From the human T2T-CHM13v2.0 reference genome, Homo sapiens: a stretch of 64,000 nt of DNA. The position numbers and the translations under genes are program-made. The notes beneath the pieces are model-generated. The model worked only from the letters and a program-made list of their open reading frames with translations, searched no databases and was not told where the DNA came from. The stretch lies in NCBI RefSeq assembly GCF_009914755.1, contig NC_060948.1; one strand, 5' to 3'. Positions 57,499 through 64,000 of this stretch are shown piece after piece. The stretch's first letter is position 1. Each line of letters starts with the position of its first letter.

Positions 57499-60400
57499 AT
57501 GGAGTCAAATGGAATGGTCTGGAATGGAATGAACACGAATGTAATGCAATCCAATAGAATGGAATCGAATGGCATGGAATATAAAGAAATGGAATCGAAG
57601 AGAATGGAAACAAATGGAATGGAATTGAATGGAATGGAATTGAATGGAATGGGAACGAATGGAGTGAAATTGTATGCAGTAGAAGGGAATAGAATGGAAT
57701 GCAAGCGAAAGGAAAGGAATGGATTGGAATGGAATGGAATTCATTGGAATGGAAGGGAATGTAGTGTAATGGACAGGCCTGGAATAAAGTGGAATGCTAC
57801 GGTCTCGAATGGAATAAAAATGTATGGAATGGAATGCAATGAAACGGAATCGAATGTCATAGAATGTAATGGAATGCAAAAAAATGGAATCCAAAATCAT
57901 TGACTGGAAAGGCTGGGTGTCGAAAGGAATTGACTCCAATGGAATGGAATCGAATGGAATGGAAGTGAATAGAATCGAACTAAATCGAATGGAATGGAAT
58001 TGATAGGAACGGAATGGAAAGGAATGCAATGATTTGGCATGGAATGGAATCGAATGGCATCGAATGGAATGGAATGGAATGCAATGGAATGGAATGTATT
58101 AGAATGTAATGAACTTTAATGGAATGTACTCGAATGGATTCGACTGGAATGGAATGTTCTGGAAGTGAATGGACTCCAATGGAATGGATTCAAAAGGAAT
58201 GGAATCGTACGGAATGGAATCTAATGGAATGGAATTAAATGGAAATGAATCAAATTGAATAGCACGGAATTGAATTGAATGGAATGGAATGCAATGGAAT
58301 CTAATGAAACGGAAAGGAAAGGAATGGAATGGAATGGAATGGACTGGAATGGAAAGGAATCGAAACGAATGGAATGGAATCGAACTGAAGAGACTGGAAT
58401 GGAATGCACTGGAATGGAAGGGAGTGTAATGGAAGGTTCTCGAAAAAAATGGAATCGAATGGAATGGAATTGAATGGAACGGAATAGAGTCGAATGGAAT
58501 TGAATGGAATGGAATGGACTAGAGTGAAATGGAATCGAACCACAAGGAATGGACATGAATAGAATGGTCTCGAATTGAATGGAATCGTATGGAATGGCAT
58601 CAAACGGAATGGAATGGACAGCCACGGAATGGAATGCACTCGAATGCAATGGAGTCGAAACTAATGGACTGGAATAGAATGGACTCGACTGGTACGGACT
58701 CCAATGGAATGGAATCGAATGGAAGGGAATCGAACGGAATGGACTCGAAGGGAAAAGACTGCAATGGAAAGGTCTCGAATGGAATGGAAATTAATGGAAT
58801 GGAATGGAATCGAATGAAATGTAGTCAAAAGGAATGGAATCGTATGGCAAGAAATCGAATGTAATGGAATCACAAGGAATTGATGTGAACGGAACGGAAT
58901 GGAATGGAATCCAAAGGAATGGAATAGAATGGAATGGAATCGAATGGAAAGGACTCGAATGGAAATCACTCGAATAGAATGCAATTTAATAAAATAGGAT
59001 CAAATGTAATGGAATGGAATGGAAAGGAATCGAAACGAAAGGAATGGAGACAGATGGAATGGAATAGAACAGAGAGCAATGGTATGGAATGGAATGGAAT
59101 CATCTAGAATGGAACTGAATGGAATGGAATAATATGAAATGGAATGGAATGGAATGCCCTTGAATTAAATGGACTGGAATGGAATGGACTCGAACAGAGT
59201 GGAATGGAAAGTGTTGAGATAGAATGGAATGGACTCCTTTGGAATGGTCTAGTATGCAATGCAATCGACTGGCAGGGAATCAAAAGGAATGTAATGGAAT
59301 GGACTGGACTGGAATGCAATGGACTCGAATAGATTGGAAACGGAATGCAAAGAAATGGAATGGAATAGTATGGAATGGAATGGAAAGGAATGGAGTGGAA
59401 TAGACTAGAGTGGAATGGAATGGACTGGAAAGCAATGGACTGGAATGGAACTTTCTTGAATGGACTGGAATCAAACGGAATGGAATGCAATGCAATCAAA
59501 TGGCATGGAATAAAATAGAATGAAAGAGAATCAAATGGAATTGAATCGAATGGAATCGAATGGATTGGAAAGGAATAGAATGGAATGGAATGGAATTGAC
59601 TCAAATGGAATGGACTAGAATGGAATGGATTCGAATGGAAGGCAAAGGAATGGAATCTATTGGAATGGACTGTAATGGAATGGAATGGAAGGGATTGGAA
59701 TGGACTCGAATGGAATGGACTGCAATAGAAAGGATTCGAATGGAATGAAAAAGAATTGAATGGAATAGAACAGAATGGAATCAAATCGAATGAAATGGAA
59801 TGGAATAGAAAGGAATGGAATGAAATGGAATGGAAAGGATTCGAATGGAATGCAATCGAATGGAATGGAATCGAACGGAATGGAATAAAATGGAAGAAAA
59901 CTGGCAAGAAATGGAATCGAAATGAATGGAGTGTTATGGAACGGACTCAAAAGGAATTGAATGTAATAGAATGGAGTGGAGTGGACTCGAATATAATGGA
60001 CTGGAATGGAATGAAATCACATGGAATGGGAACGAATGGAATGGAATGGAAAGGAATGGAATCGAATGGAAAGGAATCGAATGGAAGGGAATGAAATTGA
60101 ATCAACAGGAATGGAAGGGAATAGAATAGACGGTAATGGAATGGACTCGAATAGAATGGACACGAATGCTCAAATTGAATGGACTCGAATGGAATGGAAA
60201 CGAAAGGAATGTCATCGAATGGAATTGAATCGATTGGAATGAAATCGCATAGAATGGAGTGGAATCAAATGGAATTGAATCGAAAGGAAAGGAAGCGAAT
60301 GGACTGAAATGAAATGGAATGGAATTGAATGGAAAGTAATGCAATGGAATAGAATGGAACTAAATTTCACGGAATGGAATCAAACTGAATGGAATCAAAT

Positions 60401-61047
60401 CAATGGAATCAAATCAAATGGAATGGAAAGGAATTGAATGGAGTAGATTGGATTGGATGGGATTGGAATGAAATGTACTGGAAAGGACTCGAATTTCATG
60501 AAACGGAATGGAATGAATTGGAACGGAATGGACTCGAATGGAATGGAATGTCATGGAATGGCATCAAATGGAATGGCATCAAATGGAATAGAATCGAATG
60601 CAATGGAATGCTATGGAATGGAATGGAATGCATTGGAATGGAATGTCCTCTAATGGAATGGATTCGAGTGGAATGGAATCGAATATAATGGAGTCGAATG
60701 AAATGGAATTGAAAGGAATGGGATCGAATACAATGGAATATACTGGAATGTAACGTAATGAACTCGAATGTAATTGACTGGAATGGAATGTACATGAATG
60801 GAATGTAATCGAATGGAAAGTAATCCAATGGAATAGAATCTAATGCAATAAAATCGACTCAGATAGAGTAGAATGTAATGGAATGGAGTGCAGTGCAATG
60901 GAATGGAATGGAATGGAATGCAATTGAATGGAATGGAATGGAATGGAATGGAATGGAATGGGATGGAATGGTATGGAATGGATAGTAATGGACTGGAGTG
61001 AAATGGACTGGAAAGGAATGGACTCAAATTGAAAGGGCTCAAAAGGA
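57499..61047 (+). repeat. Unit U17 (3549 bp), E first part / C-like second part
   Basis: E markers to ~58875, then C-type markers; 10-bp shorter GGAAT run near 59140. Confidence 0.88.
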
Positions 61048-64000
61048 ATGGAGTCAAATGGAATGGTCTGGAATGGAATGAACACGAATGTAATGCAATC
61101 CAAAAGAATGGAATCGAATGGCATGGAATATAAAGAAATGGAATCGGAGAGAATGGAAACAAATGGAATGGAATTGAATGGAATGGAATTGAATGGAATG
61201 GGAACGAATGGAGTGAAATTGTATGCAGTAGAAGGGAATAGAATGGAATGCAAGCGAAAGGAAAGGAATGGATTGGAATGGAATGGAATTCATTGGAATG
61301 GAAGGGAATGTAGTGTAATGGACAGGCCTGGAATAAAGTGGAATGCTACGGTCTCGAATGGAATAAAAATGTATGGAATGGAATGCAATGAAATGGAATC
61401 GAATGTCATAGAATGTAATGGAATGCAACAAAATGGAATCCAAAATCATTGACTGGAAAGGCTGGGTGTCGAAAGGAATTGACTCCAATGGAATGGAATC
61501 GAATGGAATGGAAGTGAATAGAATCGAACTAAATCGAATGGAATGGAATTGATAGGAACGGAATGGAAAGGAATGCAATGATTTGGCATGGAATGGAATC
61601 GAATGGCATCGAATGGAATGGAATGGAATGCAATGGAATGGAATGTATTAGAATGTAATGAACTTTAATGGAATGTACTCGAATGGATTCGACTGGAATG
61701 GAATGTTCTGGAAGTGAATGGACTCCAATGGAATAGATTCCAAAGGAATGGAATCGTACGGAATGGAATCTAATGGAATGGAATTAAATGGAAATGAATC
61801 AAATTGAATAGCACGGAATTGAATTGAATGGAATGGAATGCAATGGAATCTAATGAAACGGAAAGGAAAGGAATGGAATGGAATGGAATGGGCTGGAATG
61901 GAAAGGAATCGAAACGAATGGAATGGAATCGAACTGAAGAGACTGGAATGGAATGCACTGGAATGGAAGGGAGTGTAATGGAAGGTTCTCGAAAAAAATG
62001 GAATCGAATGGAATGGAATTGAATGGAACGGAATAGAGTCGAATGGAATTGAATGGAATGGAATGGACTAGAGTGATATGGAATCGAACCACAAGGAATG
62101 GAGAGGAATAGAATGGTCTCGAATTGAATGGAATCGTATGGAGTGGCATCAAACGGAATGGAATGGACAGCCACGGAATGGAATGCACTCGAATGCAATG
62201 GAGTCGAAACTAATGGACTGGAATAGAATGGACTCGACTGGTACGGACTCCAATGGAATGGAATCGAATGGAAGGGAATCGAACGGAATGGACTCGAAGG
62301 GAAAAGACTGCAATGGAAAGGTCTCGAATGGAATGGAAATTAATGGAATGGAATGGAATCGAATGAAATGGAGTCAAAAGGAATGGAATCGAATGGCAAC
62401 AAATCGAATGTAATGGAATCGCAAGGAATTGACGTGAAAGGAACGGAATGGAATGGAATCCAAAGGAATGGAATAGAATGGAATGGAATCGAATGGAAAG
62501 GACTCGAATGGAAATCACTCGAATAGAATGCAATTTAATAAAATAGGATCAAATGTAATGGAATGGAATGGAAAGGAATCGAAACGAAAGGAATGGAGAC
62601 AGATGGAATGGAATGGAACAGAGAGCAATGGTGTAGAATGGAATGGAATCATGTGGAATGGAATTGAATGGAATGGAATAATATGAAATGGAATGGAATG
62701 GAATGGAATGGAATGCCCTTGAATTAAATGGACTGGAATGGAATGGACTCGAACAGAGTGGAATGGAAAGTGTTGAGATAGAATGGAATGGACTCCTTTG
62801 GAATGGTGTAGTATGCAATGCAATCGACTGGCAGGGAATCAAAAGGAATGTAATGGAATGGACTGGACTGGAATGCAATGGACTCGAATAGATTGGAAAC
62901 GGAATGCAAAGAAATGGAATGGAATAGTATGGAATGGAATGGAAAGGAATGGAGTGGAATAGACTAGAGTGGAATGGAATGGACTGGAAAGCAATGGACT
63001 GGAATGGAACTTTCTTGAATGGACTGGAATCAAACGGAATGGAATGCAATGCAATCAAATGGCATGGAATAAAATAGAATGAAAGAGAATCAAATGGAAT
63101 TGAATCGAATGGAATCGAATGGATTGGAAAGGAATAGAATGGAATGGAATGGAATGGACTCAAATGGAATGGACTAGAATGGAATGGATTCGAATGGAAG
63201 GCAAAGGAATGGAATCTATTGGAATGGACTGTAATGGAATGGAATGGAAGGGATTGGAATGGACTCGAATGGAATGGACTGCAATAGAAAGGATTCGAAT
63301 GGAATGAAAAAGAATTGAATGGAATAGAACAGAATGGAATCAAATCGAATGAAATGGAATGGAATAGAAAGGAATGGAATGAAATGGAATGGAAAGGATT
63401 CGAATGGAATGCAATCGAATGGAATGGAATCGAACGGAATGGAATAAAATGGAAGAAAACTGGCAAGAAATGGAATCGAAATGAATGGAGTGTTATGGAA
63501 CGGACTCAAAAGGAATTGAATGTAATAGAATGGAGTGGAGTGGACTCGAATATAATGGACTGGAATGGAATGAAATCACATGGAATGGGAACGAATGGAA
63601 TGGAATGGAAAGGAATGGAATCGAATGGAAAGGAATCGAATGGAAGGGAATGAAATTGAATCAACAGGAATGGAAGGGAATAGAATAGACGGTAATGGAA
63701 TGGACTCGAATAGAATGGACACGAATGCTCAAATTAAATGGACTCGAATGGAATGGAAACGAAAGGAATGTCATCGAATGGAATTGAATCGATTGGAATG
63801 AAATCGCATAGAATGGAGTGGAATCAAATGGAATTGAATCGAAAGGAAAGGAAGCGAATGGACTGAAATGAAATGGAATGGAATTGAATGGAAAGTAATG
63901 CAATGGAATAGAATGGAACGAAATTTCACGGAATGGAATCAAACTGAATGGAATCAAATCAATGGAATCAAATCAAATGGAATGGAAAGGAATTGAATGG
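61048..64000 (+). repeat. Unit U18 (partial, truncated by window end), subtype D
   Basis: GAGTGATATG (62071), GGCAACAAATC (~62395), GACGTGAAAG (62431), AAATTAAATG (63731). Confidence 0.9.

Larger units (their letters stand above)
1..64000 (+). repeat. DYZ1: Human satellite III (HSat3) DYZ1-type tandem array, Yq12 heterochromatin; GGAAT strand on +
   Basis: Continuous GGAAT pentamer with variants (CGAAT, TGAAT, GCAAT, GGACT, GGAAA). The landmark ATGGAGTCAAATGGAATGGTCTGG recurs at 451, 4025, 7588, 11147, 14721, 18285, 21854, 25423, 28967, 32526, 36100, 39679, 43248, 46817, 50386, 53950, 57499 and 61048 (spacing 3544-3579). The canonical DYZ1 unit is 3564 bp with EcoRI/HaeIII periodicity. GAATTC (e.g. 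689, 4263, 7826) and AGGCCT (e.g. 727) recur once per unit. Confidence 0.96.

Noticed and set aside
53-63957. Hundreds of ORFs on both strands (MEWNG-like on +, FHSIP-like on -), up to 318 aa
   Set aside because: A pure GGAAT repeat has no stop codon in any frame and translates to 5-residue repeats. The ORFs recur every 3.56 kb, overlap in several frames, change with 5-bp indels and show no recognisable domain.
1-64000. CRISPR-like array or other prokaryotic system
   Set aside because: No unique spacers, no constant 23-50 bp repeat, no cas-like or other non-repetitive genes; this is eukaryotic satellite DNA.
1-64000. DYZ2/HSat1B, Alu, L1 insertion or array inversion
   Set aside because: No AT-rich DYZ2 block, Alu-like sequence, poly-A tail or switch to CATTC on the + strand was seen, and unit spacing leaves no room for an insertion.
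1-64000. Assignment to HSat2 or an autosomal HSat3 array (e.g. chr9)
   Set aside because: The ~3.56 kb period with one EcoRI and one shared HaeIII site per unit and DYZ1-type landmarks fits DYZ1; the CATTCGATTC-dominated pattern of HSat2 is not the main motif.

Overview
The whole 64 kb window is one uninterrupted, head-to-tail satellite array of diverged (GGAAT)n/(CATTC)n pentamers, with the purine-rich strand on +. It is organised as about 18 copies of a ~3.56 kb unit with one EcoRI site and one shared StuI/HaeIII site per copy. This matches human satellite III DYZ1 of Yq12 heterochromatin. There are no credible protein-coding genes, RNA genes, transposons or CRISPR arrays, and all ORFs are translation artefacts of the pentamer. 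I found no new gene system. The real information is in the variation between units: unit subtypes, ~7.1 kb dimer and ~10.7 kb trimer duplications, a block repeated ~32 kb away, mosaic units, indels almost always in multiples of 5 bp (often 15 bp), four conserved register shifts per unit, and one locally more diverged segment. Units U1-U18 are numbered from the recurring landmark ATGGAGTCAAATGGAATGGTCTGG. Variant calls were made by eye and from the ORF track, not from a computed alignment.
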